Source: an uncultured Acidobacteriota bacterium
Lineage (GTDB): Bacteria; Acidobacteriota; Vicinamibacteria; Vicinamibacterales; CAVVIG01
Direction: 5' to 3'
Assembly (NCBI GenBank): GCA_963711795.1
Contig: CAVQFD010000004.1
Coordinates: 395,873 to 459,872 of the forward strand
DNA: 64,000 bases
Made by a program: the position numbers and the translations under genes. The notes under the pieces were generated by a model. The model did no database searches. It had not been told where the DNA came from and saw nothing but the letters and a program-made list of their open reading frames with translations. The stretch's first letter is position 1, and each line of letters begins with the position of its first letter. Shown in pieces: positions 1 through 9,830 of the stretch.

Positions 1-570
1 CTTTCCTACCGGGACGAGCGTTACGTCGATGTCGCCTTTGCCAACGTGTACAGGAGTTCGCAGGAAAACGCGCCGGAGACCCAGCGGTGGGATGTTGCGA
101 ACGACTTCCGGCGCCTCCTGGGCAGCCGCTGGTACGTCAACACCACCCAGGACTTCATGAACTCTGAAGAGCAGGGCCTGGATCTGCGGATGAGCATCGG
201 TGGCGGCGGCGGGCGATACCTGACGCGAACGGCGTCGCAGTATCTGGCGCTTGGGGCGGGCCTGGCGTGGACTAATGAGAGGTACACGGACCCTACGCTT
301 GCCACGAAGGACTCGGCGGAGGCGTACTTCGGCACGGAGTTCATGACCGAGAAGCTGAAGATCACCGATCTCATCACACGGTTCACGTACTATCCCAGCC
401 TGACGATTTCCGATCGGTACCGGTTGTCCTATCGCTTCGACCTGGACTTCAACCTGCCGGGCGACTGGTATTTCCGTTTCGGACTCTTCGACAACTACGA
501 CAGCAAGCCGCCGGAGGGATTCTCCTCGAACGACTACGGCTGGTCGAATGCGTTCGGGTTCAAATTCTGA
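1..570 (+). CDS. DUF481-like outer-membrane beta-barrel protein (5'-truncated by window edge)
   Basis: Frame open from base 1; amphipathic aromatic-rich beta strands; C-terminal GFKF barrel signature. Confidence 0.7.
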   Translation, partial: LSYRDERYVDVAFANVYRSSQENAPETQRWDVANDFRRLLGSRWYVNTTQDFMNSEEQGLDLRMSIGGGGGRYLTRTASQYLALGAGLAWTNERYTDPTLATKDSAEAYFGTEFMTEKLKITDLITRFTYYPSLTISDRYRLSYRFDLDFNLPGDWYFRFGLFDNYDSKPPEGFSSNDYGWSNAFGFKF

Positions 571-832
571 GGCCGGTCGCGCCGTCTCGGAGACGCGCAG
601 ATCCCGCTCGACTCGCCCGGGCGCATCACCAGGTGCCACCTCAGAGCACAGCCTGATGGCACTAGTCGGCACGAGGGTGTCCAAGGCGGGCCCGTGTCGG
701 GCTCGAGGCGGTTGACCACATTTTCGTGCTTTGTGTGCAAAATCCGCACTCGCTGCACGAGTCGTCAGAATCGTATTCTTCCGCAACCCCCTCAAGTGAG
801 CGCGTTGCAGGCGGCTGCCAACGCCAGGGTCG

Positions 833-848
833 AGGCCCGGCCTTTGCT
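833..848 (+). promoter_or_regulatory. Putative sigma54 -24/-12 promoter of the tad genes
   Basis: AGGCCCGGCCTTTGCT has GG(834-835)-N10-GC(846-847), about 60 nt before tadE. Confidence 0.5.
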
Positions 849-907
849 AAACCCCTCATGGCGGGTCCGGTGCCGAGTGCATCGACCCTTACTTTGAGGA
901 GTCCGAA

Positions 908-1366
908 ATGATGCGCAGCCACGTTCGAGAGGCACGGGCAGGTGACGAGCGAGGACAGGCGCTGCTCGAAACTGCACTCGTGCTGCCTGTCGTCCTGCTG
1001 ATCAGCGTCGGCATTTTCGAGTTTGGCCGCGCCTATCAACTGGTCCAGGTGCTGACCAACGCGGCCCGCGAAGGCGCGCGCATTGCGGTCATGTACGGTA
1101 CGAACGAGGCCGACATCAGGGCCCGGGTCACGGCGTATCTCGACGCAGGCCAGGTTCCTACCAACGGCGGCATGACCATCGACGTTAATCAGAGCGCCAC
1201 TATCGTCGTGGGCACCGGGACGGCCAGCGCCTCCGTGGTGACGGTGAACTACCCCTACACATTCATGGTGCTGAATCCGGTGGCCAACCTCGTGGTTCAC
1301 GGCACCACCATGGGGGGTCCGATCACACTGTCGGCATCGGCAGAAATGCGGAACGAGGCAGAGTAG
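908..1366 (+). CDS. tadE: TadE/TadG-family Flp pilus pseudopilin
   Basis: RGQALLETALVLP prepilin-like motif, hydrophobic helix, NAAREGAR motif; GAGGAG RBS. Confidence 0.88.
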   Translation: MMRSHVREARAGDERGQALLETALVLPVVLLISVGIFEFGRAYQLVQVLTNAAREGARIAVMYGTNEADIRARVTAYLDAGQVPTNGGMTIDVNQSATIVVGTGTASASVVTVNYPYTFMVLNPVANLVVHGTTMGGPITLSASAEMRNEAE

Positions 1367-1368
1367 CC

Positions 1369-2578
1369 ATGAGAACTACACTAGTCTCCCGAGCGCGATT
1401 TCAACACCTTCGGCGTGACGAGCGGGGAATGTCGTTCGTCTTCGTGAGCATGGGCATGATGGCGTTTGTCTCGGCGGCGATGCTCACCATCGACGTCGGG
1501 CAGATCATGACCGCGCGGACGCAGGCGCAGCGATCGGCCGATGCCGGCGCGCTTGCCGGCGCCACCGCGATGGTGTTCAACAGCTTCGACGATCACTCCG
1601 ACAACGGCCCGGCGAAGAGCAGCGCCGTCAACATTGCGAGGGCCAACCTGGTGATCGATCAGGTGCCATCGGTCAATCCCAGCGATGTGAACTTCATAAT
1701 GAATCCCGTAACCGGACGGCAAGACATCATCGAAGTGACGGTGTATCGGAACGGTGCGCGGGGCAATCCGGTGCTCAACTTCATCGGACCGATCTTCGGA
1801 ATGGACACCGCCGACATCTCGGCGACCGCGCGGGCGGCGGCGATCCCCGCCGGCTCGGAGATCTGCGTGCTTCCCTTGACCATTCCCGATCGCTGGATCG
1901 AAAACCAGACAGGGCCGTGGACGCCCGACGACACCTTCGACATGTACGCGTCGCAAGGCAACAGGCAGAACGTCGGCGCGCCTCTCGTGCCTGCCGATCG
2001 TTACGTTGCCCCAGGGAGTATCGACGCGACCGGCTACCACCCGGTCCGGGACAAGGGCCTGCGCCTCACACTGAAGAACAACAACGAGAACAAGATTGCG
2101 CCAGGCATGTACAACGCCTGGGACCTGCCCGGAAGCGTCGGCGGCGACGACTACCGGGAGAACATCATGACCTGCAACGGGAACCTCGTGACAATCGGCG
2201 ACACGATGTCGCCGGAGAACGGCAACATGGTCGGGACCCACGAAGGAGGGAGTCGAAGAGCTCATGTTGCAGGACCCTGGAGCCCGTTGGGACGATGGCT
2301 GCAACTGCGTGGTTGGCAGTCATCCTCGCTTCAAGGGGATCTCCCCTCGCATTCGAATCGTTCCACTGTACGACCCGGAGCTGTACACGGACGGTCAACA
2401 CACCGGGAAGAGCCAGCCCGAGCTGCGCGTCGTCAATTACCTCGGCTTCTTCATCGAGGAGTTCAACGGGGGTGGAGAGATCATCGGCCGGATCACCTCC
2501 ATCACGGGCAGGAGAAGTCCGGGCGGCGGCCCCCTGCCGGTCGGCTCGTTCGCTCAGGCGATCGAGCTGGTGAAGTAG
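1369..2578 (+). CDS. TadG-related pilus assembly protein (one frameshift near 2234)
   Basis: ERGMS...QAQRSADAGALAGA motif; removing one G from GGG near 2234 joins ORF 1369 to ORF 2264..2578 as GNMVGPTKEGVEELMLQDP. Confidence 0.8.
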
Positions 2579-2592
2579 CTCGCTTTCCCGCC

Positions 2593-2622
2593 GGGCCGCG
2601 GCGTCATGCCGCGGCCCTTTCT
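2593..2622 (+). terminator. Intrinsic terminator after the tad genes
   Basis: GGGCCGCGGC-gtcat-GCCGCGGCCC 10-bp stem followed by TTTCT. Confidence 0.65.
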
Positions 2623-2832
2623 CGCACGCCGACGCACCTCGCCTCCATCCGTCAGGCTTGAATAATCGGTTGACTCGGGGATAGCCAACCGCGCTATTGT
2701 TGCGCGCGGCGCGTGGTCATCAGCCTGCGGCCTTCGGCAGAACGGGCGGTCAGGCTGACTGTCCTGTGGGCCTGCTGGTTGCCCGCCACGCCAAGCCGAC
2801 GTTCACTCGAGTCCTTCAGCGGGAGAGCCACC

Positions 2833-3984
2833 ATGTCATCACCCCGAATCGTCTTGTCGATTCTGCTCGCGGGCGCCACAGCTTCGTTTGCCGGCTGCGC
2901 GTCCGGCTCGGGCTCGGCCGACCCCCCGCCCACGTCGACGGGCAACCCGATCACCGGAGAGGGCCTCCCGAACCCGGCACCCAAGGTCACGTCCAACTGG
3001 GGACAACTGCCGGCCGGCAGGACGATGGGGACGAGCGCAGGCATGGAGATCGATCCGACCGACGGGCACGTATGGACCTACGAGCGGTGCGGCTCGGGCT
3101 CGGCCGGAGGTCCCGGCGTCAACTGCGATAGCAACGTGGTTGCGCCAATCATCAAGTTCGACCGCAATACCGGGGCGGTGCTCGCCAACATCGGAGCCGG
3201 CGTGATGGTCACGCCGCACGGCATCCATGTCGACGGGCAGGGGAACGTCTGGGTGACCGACTTCAACGTGAACGAGGCAGGAACCAAGGGCCATCAGGTA
3301 CACAAGTTCAACCCCAAGGGGGAACTGCTGCTGTCGCTTGGCGTGGCCGGGAAGCCGGGCAACGACGAGACTCACTTCAATCAACCGAACGACGTGATCA
3401 CGGCGCCCGACGGCAGCATCTTCGTCTCCGATGGCCACAGCGGTCAGGGTATGACCACCGAGCAGGCAATCGAAGATGGGAGAACGAAGAACCTGACCGG
3501 CCGCATCATGAAGTTCTCGGCCGACGGCAAGTTCATCACGCAGTGGGGCCGCATCGGCACCCTGCATGGCGAGTTCCGCACGCCGCATGCGATGGCGTTC
3601 GACTCGCAGGGGCGCCTCTGGGTTGCAGACAGAGGCAACCACCGCATCGAGATCTTCGATCAAAGCGGGAAGTATCTCGAGTCGCGCTACTCGTACGGAC
3701 GCATCAGCGGCATTCACATCACCAAGGATGGCAGGGTCTACGCCATCGACTCGGAATCCAGCCCGACCAGCCACCCGAACTGGAGCAATGGCGTTCGCAT
3801 CGGCCAGGTCGACGCCGATCGGATCGTCGGATTCATTCCGCCCTTCAAGGCGGACACGCGCCCCTACCAGGGCGCAGCGGGCGAGGGTGTCACGGTGGAT
3901 GCGGACGGCAACGTCTACGCCGCCGAGGGACCGAACTCCATGCGGTTCGCGGGCGGCCCGTTCACGAAGTACTCGGTCAAGTAA
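2833..3984 (+). CDS. NHL-repeat lipoprotein, peptidyl-alpha-hydroxyglycine alpha-amidating lyase (PAL)-like
   Basis: Lipobox FAGC; NHL blades PHGIHVD, FNQPNDV, FRTPHAMA, VADRGNHRI. Confidence 0.8.
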   Translation: MSSPRIVLSILLAGATASFAGCASGSGSADPPPTSTGNPITGEGLPNPAPKVTSNWGQLPAGRTMGTSAGMEIDPTDGHVWTYERCGSGSAGGPGVNCDSNVVAPIIKFDRNTGAVLANIGAGVMVTPHGIHVDGQGNVWVTDFNVNEAGTKGHQVHKFNPKGELLLSLGVAGKPGNDETHFNQPNDVITAPDGSIFVSDGHSGQGMTTEQAIEDGRTKNLTGRIMKFSADGKFITQWGRIGTLHGEFRTPHAMAFDSQGRLWVADRGNHRIEIFDQSGKYLESRYSYGRISGIHITKDGRVYAIDSESSPTSHPNWSNGVRIGQVDADRIVGFIPPFKADTRPYQGAAGEGVTVDADGNVYAAEGPNSMRFAGGPFTKYSVK

Positions 3985-4017
3985 CGTCGCGACAGCCGGG
4001 GACGATGGAAATCCCTC

Positions 4018-5079
4018 CTAGCGTCCTGCGGCAGGCGCGGACGCCGGCAGATGGAGCTTCGCGACGCCCTGCGCCACCACCGAATCATCGGCGTCGTCCG
4101 TGTTCATGAGGATCGCGATCGTGACCCGATCGTCCACGTAGCGCGCGAAGCTGGCAATGAACCCAGGAAGGCCGCCGCCGTGGAATACGGCCCGGTGGCC
4201 ATCCGCCGATCCGAGGTGCCAGCCGAAACCGTAGGGAGACGAGGTGCCGTCGTTGAGAGTCACTGGCGTCCACATCTGCCGTCGCGTCGGCTCGCCGAGC
4301 ACCCTGCTGGTGTAGAGCACGGCGTCCCACTTCGCCAGATCGAGGACGGTTGATAGGAAAGCGCCGCTGGGGCGCACCGCCGGCCAGTCCGCGGCGTCGC
4401 GCGGTGAATCGTTGTCCGTATAGCCCTTCGCGCGCCTCGGGACGGCCTCCGTCGTGGTCGTGGTACGGGTGTCCAGCATCCCTGCAGGTATGAACACCTT
4501 TTCCTCGAGGTACTCACTCCACGGACGTTGTGTGACGACGCGTATGACCTCAGCGAGGGCGTAGTACCCGAGATTCGAGTACTCCCACTTGTCACCGGGA
4601 GCAGAATGCAGCGGCTGACTGTAGCTGCTGGAGATGACCTCGGCGTCGGTCTGTATCTTGAACGGGTCGAAGCCGGGCGCCTCGCGGACGAGGCCGGATG
4701 TGTGCGTCAGAAGGTGCCGGATGGTGATGGGCGTCCACGCTGCCGGTGTGCCCTGAAGGTACTTGCCGACCGGATCCTCGATGCGAAGGCGTCCTTCCTG
4801 GACGAGCAGCATGATCCCGGTCGCGATGAACTGCTTGCTGACCGAACCGATCTTGAACACGGTGTCAGGCGTCACCGCGACGTTGAGCTGACGGTCTGCG
4901 AGTCCATAACCAGCTGCCTTGACGATCTTCCCGTCCTTCACCACCACGAGCGACAGCCCCGGGATGTTCTGTCTCTTCATCTCGGACCGGATGAAGTCGT
5001 CTGTCCCATCTGACTGCGCAAGGACAAACGGTCCAAGCAGGAGCCAAAGGACGATCAAGACTGTGTGTCGAGGTCGCAT
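4018..5079 (-). CDS. Serine hydrolase, beta-lactamase class C/PBP family
   Basis: SVSK (SxxK), YSN and HGG motifs; LLTHTSGL; signal peptide. Confidence 0.9.
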   Translation of the reverse strand: MRPRHTVLIVLWLLLGPFVLAQSDGTDDFIRSEMKRQNIPGLSLVVVKDGKIVKAAGYGLADRQLNVAVTPDTVFKIGSVSKQFIATGIMLLVQEGRLRIEDPVGKYLQGTPAAWTPITIRHLLTHTSGLVREAPGFDPFKIQTDAEVISSSYSQPLHSAPGDKWEYSNLGYYALAEVIRVVTQRPWSEYLEEKVFIPAGMLDTRTTTTTEAVPRRAKGYTDNDSPRDAADWPAVRPSGAFLSTVLDLAKWDAVLYTSRVLGEPTRRQMWTPVTLNDGTSSPYGFGWHLGSADGHRAVFHGGGLPGFIASFARYVDDRVTIAILMNTDDADDSVVAQGVAKLHLPASAPAAGR

Positions 5080-5179
5080 GAATATCTCTGTCGTGCGCGA
5101 AGAGGTCGCCCCGAGGCTACGGCTCAGTCAGCTGTGCGATTGAGCCGGCCATCGCATTCGAGACGATATAATCCGCAGC

Positions 5180-5548
5180 GTGCAGATTCGAGTGTTGTCG
5201 CGGCTCGAACCCTTCGCCTACGCCGCCCTCCGCATCGTCGCCGGGCTGCTTTTTCTCTGTCATGGTCTGCAGAAGTTCGGCATGCTGGGCGGCCAGCAGG
5301 TCGACCTGATGTCGCGACTCGGCCTGGCCGCTGTCATCGAGGTCGTCGGCGGCGCGTTCATGATAGCCGGATTTCTCACCGTGCCTACCGCGTTCATCGC
5401 AAGCGGTGAGATGGCGTTTGCCTACTTCCTGGCGCATCAGCCCCGTGGAACCTGGCCTATTCAGAACGGCGGCGAACCGGCAGTCCTTTTCTGTTTCATC
5501 TTCCTCTTCATCGCGACGCGCGGCCCTGGGCGATTCAGCATCGACTGA
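5180..5548 (+). CDS. DoxX family membrane protein
   Basis: LRIVAGLLFLCHGLQK, SGEMAFAYF, NGGE and GPGRFSID motifs. Confidence 0.9.
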   Translation: MQIRVLSRLEPFAYAALRIVAGLLFLCHGLQKFGMLGGQQVDLMSRLGLAAVIEVVGGAFMIAGFLTVPTAFIASGEMAFAYFLAHQPRGTWPIQNGGEPAVLFCFIFLFIATRGPGRFSID

Positions 5549-5619
5549 CTGCCAGGCAGCGTTCCAGGGTACTGCGTTCGCACGGCCCACCAGGGGACGT
5601 GACGGCTTGAACGCTCGCG

Positions 5620-5856
5620 CTACTTGACCGGATGGACTCTTGTGGCTGTTCCCACCTCGATCCACTCTCCACCCATCCGCACCATGAGCGTGCCGGTCGG
5701 CAGTCCCCCGCGGTTGAAGCCCTCGACGCGGAACCCGATATCGGGCCCCGAGAGCATCATTGGCGGCATTCTCATCTGCGCGAGAGTCACGGTCGACGCG
5801 AGGCCAGCGGCGACGAACAGTGAGACGACCCACCAGAGCACCAGCGTGCGGCGCAT
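5620..5856 (-). CDS. Small secreted hypothetical protein
   Basis: Signal peptide followed by LSGPDIGFRVEG; GGAGG RBS upstream. Confidence 0.6.
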   Translation of the reverse strand: MRRTLVLWWVVSLFVAAGLASTVTLAQMRMPPMMLSGPDIGFRVEGFNRGGLPTGTLMVRMGGEWIEVGTATRVHPVK

Positions 5857-5967
5857 ACGTCCTCCCCGAGCCCATCGGACTCTTCAGGTTTGACGATTCA
5901 GTCCTGCCGCTGGTCTTGCCTCGTGCGAGGCCCCCCGTCTGGTCGACGTCACGACCACGCGCAAGCT

Positions 5968-6034
5968 ACGAAGGACGCCCAAGGACCAGGGACGAAGGAC
6001 CGCCCAAGGACTAATGACGAAGGACCAAGGTACT
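5968..6034. repeat. Degenerate heptamer array (CCAAGGA family)
   Basis: ccaagga ccaggga cgaagga ... ccaagga ctaatga cgaagga ccaaggt; related units at 6254-6284 and 52200-52320. Confidence 0.75.
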
Positions 6035-6089
6035 AGTGACCGCAACATCTTCGTCATCTGTCCTTCGTAGACTGGTTCCGGAGGTGACC

Positions 6090-6251
6090 ATGAAGCCAGA
6101 AACCCTGGAACTGCCAGCCGAAGCACTGCCCGACGATGAGCTCGTTCGCCCGGAGGACGTTCCATCGGAGGCCAACGACGGGCCGGACGGCGAGGCGCTC
6201 GAAGACACCGATGCGCCCGAAGACCCGGGCGATCGCGCGGGGGATCTCTAA
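6090..6251 (+). CDS. Small very acidic hypothetical protein (53 aa)
   Basis: GGAGGT RBS just before ATG; D/E/P-rich sequence. Confidence 0.45.
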   Translation: MKPETLELPAEALPDDELVRPEDVPSEANDGPDGEALEDTDAPEDPGDRAGDL

Positions 6252-6312
6252 TCCAAGCGGCCAAGGACCGCCGGGCACCAGGGCCGCGGCTTACACCGAA
6301 GTGAAAGCCGCC

Positions 6313-7611
6313 CTAATTCGACCGGCTTGCTGGCAGCGCGCCGATCTCGACAAGCCCGATCTTGTTGACGCCGCTGTTGGCGGTGGCGATGTTGCCGTCC
6401 CTGGTGGCTTCGAAGTGGCGGAGCACTCCGCCGCCGGACGGAATCGCGAACGTCTGGAACTTCTCGGTCCGTGGATCGAAGCGCACCATCGTGTTCGGCC
6501 GGACGCCGGACTCGCTGTACCAGACGACGCCCCCGATCTGCGTGATGGCATACGGCTCCGAATCGGGACCGCCTGGCGAGAGCCATTCCTTGACCTGATT
6601 GGTCTTCGGATCGAAACGACCCAGCATGCCGCGCGGGAAGTCCGTGTAGTAGATGAGGTCGTCTGGCGTGATCGTCAGCCGCCGCGGCCGTGCATCCGCG
6701 TGGGGCAGCGGGAACTCCGTGATCTTCATCGTGGCCGGATCCACCGTGCCGACACGGTTGCCGCGGAAGTCGACATACCACGGCACGCCCGCTGAGTTGA
6801 GACGGATGCCGTAGGGGTAAGTGTTGTCGCTCGGCGTCTTCGCAATCAGCATCTCGCCGTTCGCGGTGTTCAGGCGCCCGACGTGACCCGACTGCAGCGT
6901 GAAGAAGAGAAGACCGGTGCGCGCGTCGTAGATCGGCGTGTGCGGACCCCGTGTCCCGGGCTGGTTGAGCGGATACTCGCGGACCTGTCCGGTTCGCGGG
7001 TCGAGCCTGCCGATGACGCCCTTCTGGATGCCCGTGTACCAGATGTTGCCCTGGCGGTCTTCGGCCAGGCCATGCGGCTGGCTGTTGGCCGGGACGTCAA
7101 ACTCCCGGATCTGGCCCGTCTTCGGGTCCAGCCGCCCGAGCTTGCTCGCATACTGGCCGGTCCACCAGATTGACCCGTCCGCTGCGGCGTGCGAGTCGTG
7201 CGGGCGAGAGCCCAGCGAGGGCGCCAGCCACTCCTTGATCGTGACCGTCGCAGGCCCGGAGATGAGGACTGCCGAAGGCGCATGCTTCACCGGGTAGTGC
7301 GTGGCCAGGTAGGACCCAATCGTCTCGAGCTGTGCCGCCGGTAGGACCACCATCGTCGCGATCCGATCCTGCCAGCCTTCCTTGGTGTAGCCCCACGAGC
7401 CGGCGATCAGGTTCAGGCCGTGGCAGCGCGTGCACGCCGCTTCGACCTGCTCGCGGCCCGGCCCTTCTGCCAGCTGTACGGCGCCACGGCCGCCAGGGCC
7501 ACCCTGACGACCGGCTCCGGCCGCGCCTTGCGGTCCTTGCAGCTGTGCGATTGCGGACGCCGAGATCACGAACACGGTAAGCGCGACGACAAGAAAGCCG
7601 CGGTGTGTCAT
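6313..7611 (-). CDS. Cytochrome c domain fused to a virginiamycin B lyase (Vgb)-like beta-propeller
   Basis: Signal peptide from MTHRG with GGAGG RBS; CTRCH heme motif; repeated PH/PY...W(Y/W)T...GRLDP blades. Confidence 0.8.
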   Translation of the reverse strand: MTHRGFLVVALTVFVISASAIAQLQGPQGAAGAGRQGGPGGRGAVQLAEGPGREQVEAACTRCHGLNLIAGSWGYTKEGWQDRIATMVVLPAAQLETIGSYLATHYPVKHAPSAVLISGPATVTIKEWLAPSLGSRPHDSHAAADGSIWWTGQYASKLGRLDPKTGQIREFDVPANSQPHGLAEDRQGNIWYTGIQKGVIGRLDPRTGQVREYPLNQPGTRGPHTPIYDARTGLLFFTLQSGHVGRLNTANGEMLIAKTPSDNTYPYGIRLNSAGVPWYVDFRGNRVGTVDPATMKITEFPLPHADARPRRLTITPDDLIYYTDFPRGMLGRFDPKTNQVKEWLSPGGPDSEPYAITQIGGVVWYSESGVRPNTMVRFDPRTEKFQTFAIPSGGGVLRHFEATRDGNIATANSGVNKIGLVEIGALPASRSN

Positions 7612-7670
7612 AAGGCCTCCAGCACGTTCGAACATCTGTTCCACTGCATCAGGTTGGCGCGCGCGGATAG

Positions 7671-9800
7671 CTACGGAAGCGCCAGTGCCACCAGAGCACC
7701 CGGCTGCTCGCGGCGTGCGCTTCCCGACTGCACGAGGATGTACTGCTTGCCCTCGTGCATGAACGTCATCATCCCGTACTGGCCCGGAATCGGGAGCTCG
7801 ACCGTCTTGAGGATCTTGCCGGTCTTCTTGTCGCGCGCGTGCAGCACCGGCTTGCCGTTCGCGTTCAACTCGGCGTCGCCCCGCAGGTCCTCGGTGGTCT
7901 GCACCAGCAGATCGCCGACGACCATCTGGACCGAATGACCTGTGCCGCCTGTCGCAGAAACATCGACGCCTTTCAAGAGGGGATGGTTGCGAATCCGCTC
8001 GGGCGTCTGTCCGACGGGAACATCCCACAGCTTGTTGCCGGTGTTCATGTCGTACGCCGCCAGGCCCTGGTAGAGCGGCTTGTAAACGGGCAGGCCGTCG
8101 AGCAGCGGCAGGCGGCCGGTCGCTGGTCCGCCTTGCTTGTACGCCGCCACCGTCGTTCCCGTCGTCGGCGTATGCCGTTCGCGTCCGCGCCAGGCTTCGT
8201 CGCTCTTGCCGGCCAGGCCGCGCTCCTCGTCCACGCCGTTCGTGGGCACGAGGAACGACGGCGCAGTGCACGTCCGCTGATGGGACGCGTACATGATGCC
8301 CGTGGTGGGGTCGGCCACGGGCGGATGGTAGATGTTGAGTCCGCCCACGCAGCCGACGTTGTTGAGCACGCCGCTCGTGTTCGGCCAGGGGAGAGGCGGC
8401 ATGTAGAGCCCGCCGACGCGGAACTTGCTCAGTGCCTCGGTCGCCCGGCGCTTCAGATCGGGCGTCCAGTCCATGATGAACTCGTCGGTGATGCCGTTGA
8501 GCACAATCCGATCGAGCGGCTCGGGACGCGTGGGGTAGGGCTGTGTCGGCGCGGTGTAGTTGCCCGGCACCTCGGTTTGCACGACCGGCCGTTCTTCTAT
8601 CGGCCAGATCGGCTCGCCGGTCTCACGATTGAGCGCGAAGATCAGGCCCTGCTTCGTGTTCTGAATCAGCGCGGGAACCCGGCGTCCGTTCACGGTGAGA
8701 TCCATCAGGATCGGCGCCGTCGGGATGTCGTAGTTCCACTGTTCGCTGTGGTGGACCTGGAAGTGCCACTTGCGTTTGCCCGTCTTCACGTCGAGGGCGA
8801 GCACGCTGCCGCCGAAGAGGTTGTGCCCTGGACGGTGGCCGGTGAAGAACTGGTAGGTTGACGCGTTGGTGACGATGAAGACGAGCCCGCGCTGAGGATC
8901 GGCGGCCGCCGGCGCCCACGACGACATGTTGCCCGAGTACTTCCACGCGTCGTTCTCCCACGTCTCGTGCCCGACTTCGCCCGGGCGTGGAATCACGTGG
9001 AACTTCCAGAGCCGCTTGCCGGTCTTCGCGTCGTAGCCCTGGATGTCCGCCGGCACGTTTTCGATTCGCGTCTGGTCGTAGCTCGGCTCGTGGCCGGCGA
9101 GCACCACGACGACGCCGTTGACCACGATGGGCGGCGACGAGCTCGTGATCATGCCGAGCGGCCGCGGAATGCCGTAGTCCGGGTCGTACTTCCCGCCCTT
9201 CCACGCCCGCCAGGGCTCCCAGTCGCTCACGAGATCCGGGATCATGTCTACGGCGCCGCTCTTCGGGAAGTCCTTCAGCGGGACGGGCGCGCCCCAGTTG
9301 TCGAGCGGCCGGCCGGTTCGGGCATCCAGGGCCCAGAGAAAGAACGCCGGCGTCGAGATGAAGATCACGCCGCGGCCATCCACCTCCGCATAGGCGACAC
9401 CCTTGCCGAAATCCGTGCGCGGCGAGCGCAGGTAGCGCATCGTGTCGGGCTCGCGGAAGGTCCAGCGTGTCTCGCCGGTGCTGGCGTCGATCGCCACGAC
9501 CTGCCGCCGCTGCCCGACCACCGTGTACAACATGCCGTTCACGTAGATCGGCGTCGACCGCGACGTGTACTCCATACCAGGGCCGAAGTTGTCGCCTCGA
9601 AAGATCCAGGCGACCTTCAGCTTGTCGAAGTTGGACGCGTTGATTTGGTCGAGCTGCGACGATCGGGTGTGGCCCGCGTCGCCGCCCAGGTAGCGCCACG
9701 ATCCGTCTTCGGTTCCCGTCAACTGCGCCAGCCCCGAGGGCGGGGCAGCCAGCAGGGCCGCGAGCGTCAGAATTCCACAGCGCGATCGCGTTCGTGTCAT
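7671..9800 (-). CDS. PQQ-dependent dehydrogenase (glucose/quinate type), secreted
   Basis: PQQ propeller repeats ([14 protein letters not shown]), QINASNF, SSPPIVV, MTFMHEGKQYI. Confidence 0.88.
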   Translation of the reverse strand: MTRTRSRCGILTLAALLAAPPSGLAQLTGTEDGSWRYLGGDAGHTRSSQLDQINASNFDKLKVAWIFRGDNFGPGMEYTSRSTPIYVNGMLYTVVGQRRQVVAIDASTGETRWTFREPDTMRYLRSPRTDFGKGVAYAEVDGRGVIFISTPAFFLWALDARTGRPLDNWGAPVPLKDFPKSGAVDMIPDLVSDWEPWRAWKGGKYDPDYGIPRPLGMITSSSPPIVVNGVVVVLAGHEPSYDQTRIENVPADIQGYDAKTGKRLWKFHVIPRPGEVGHETWENDAWKYSGNMSSWAPAAADPQRGLVFIVTNASTYQFFTGHRPGHNLFGGSVLALDVKTGKRKWHFQVHHSEQWNYDIPTAPILMDLTVNGRRVPALIQNTKQGLIFALNRETGEPIWPIEERPVVQTEVPGNYTAPTQPYPTRPEPLDRIVLNGITDEFIMDWTPDLKRRATEALSKFRVGGLYMPPLPWPNTSGVLNNVGCVGGLNIYHPPVADPTTGIMYASHQRTCTAPSFLVPTNGVDEERGLAGKSDEAWRGRERHTPTTGTTVAAYKQGGPATGRLPLLDGLPVYKPLYQGLAAYDMNTGNKLWDVPVGQTPERIRNHPLLKGVDVSATGGTGHSVQMVVGDLLVQTTEDLRGDAELNANGKPVLHARDKKTGKILKTVELPIPGQYGMMTFMHEGKQYILVQSGSARREQPGALVALALP

Positions 9801-9830
9801 GGGTCCGGTTCCTCGGCGCAGGCGGCGCGG

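Noticed and set aside
571..907. c-di-GMP riboswitch upstream of tadE
   Set aside because: Only a GCTAAACC-like fragment is present; the required GNRA tetraloop/receptor stems were not found
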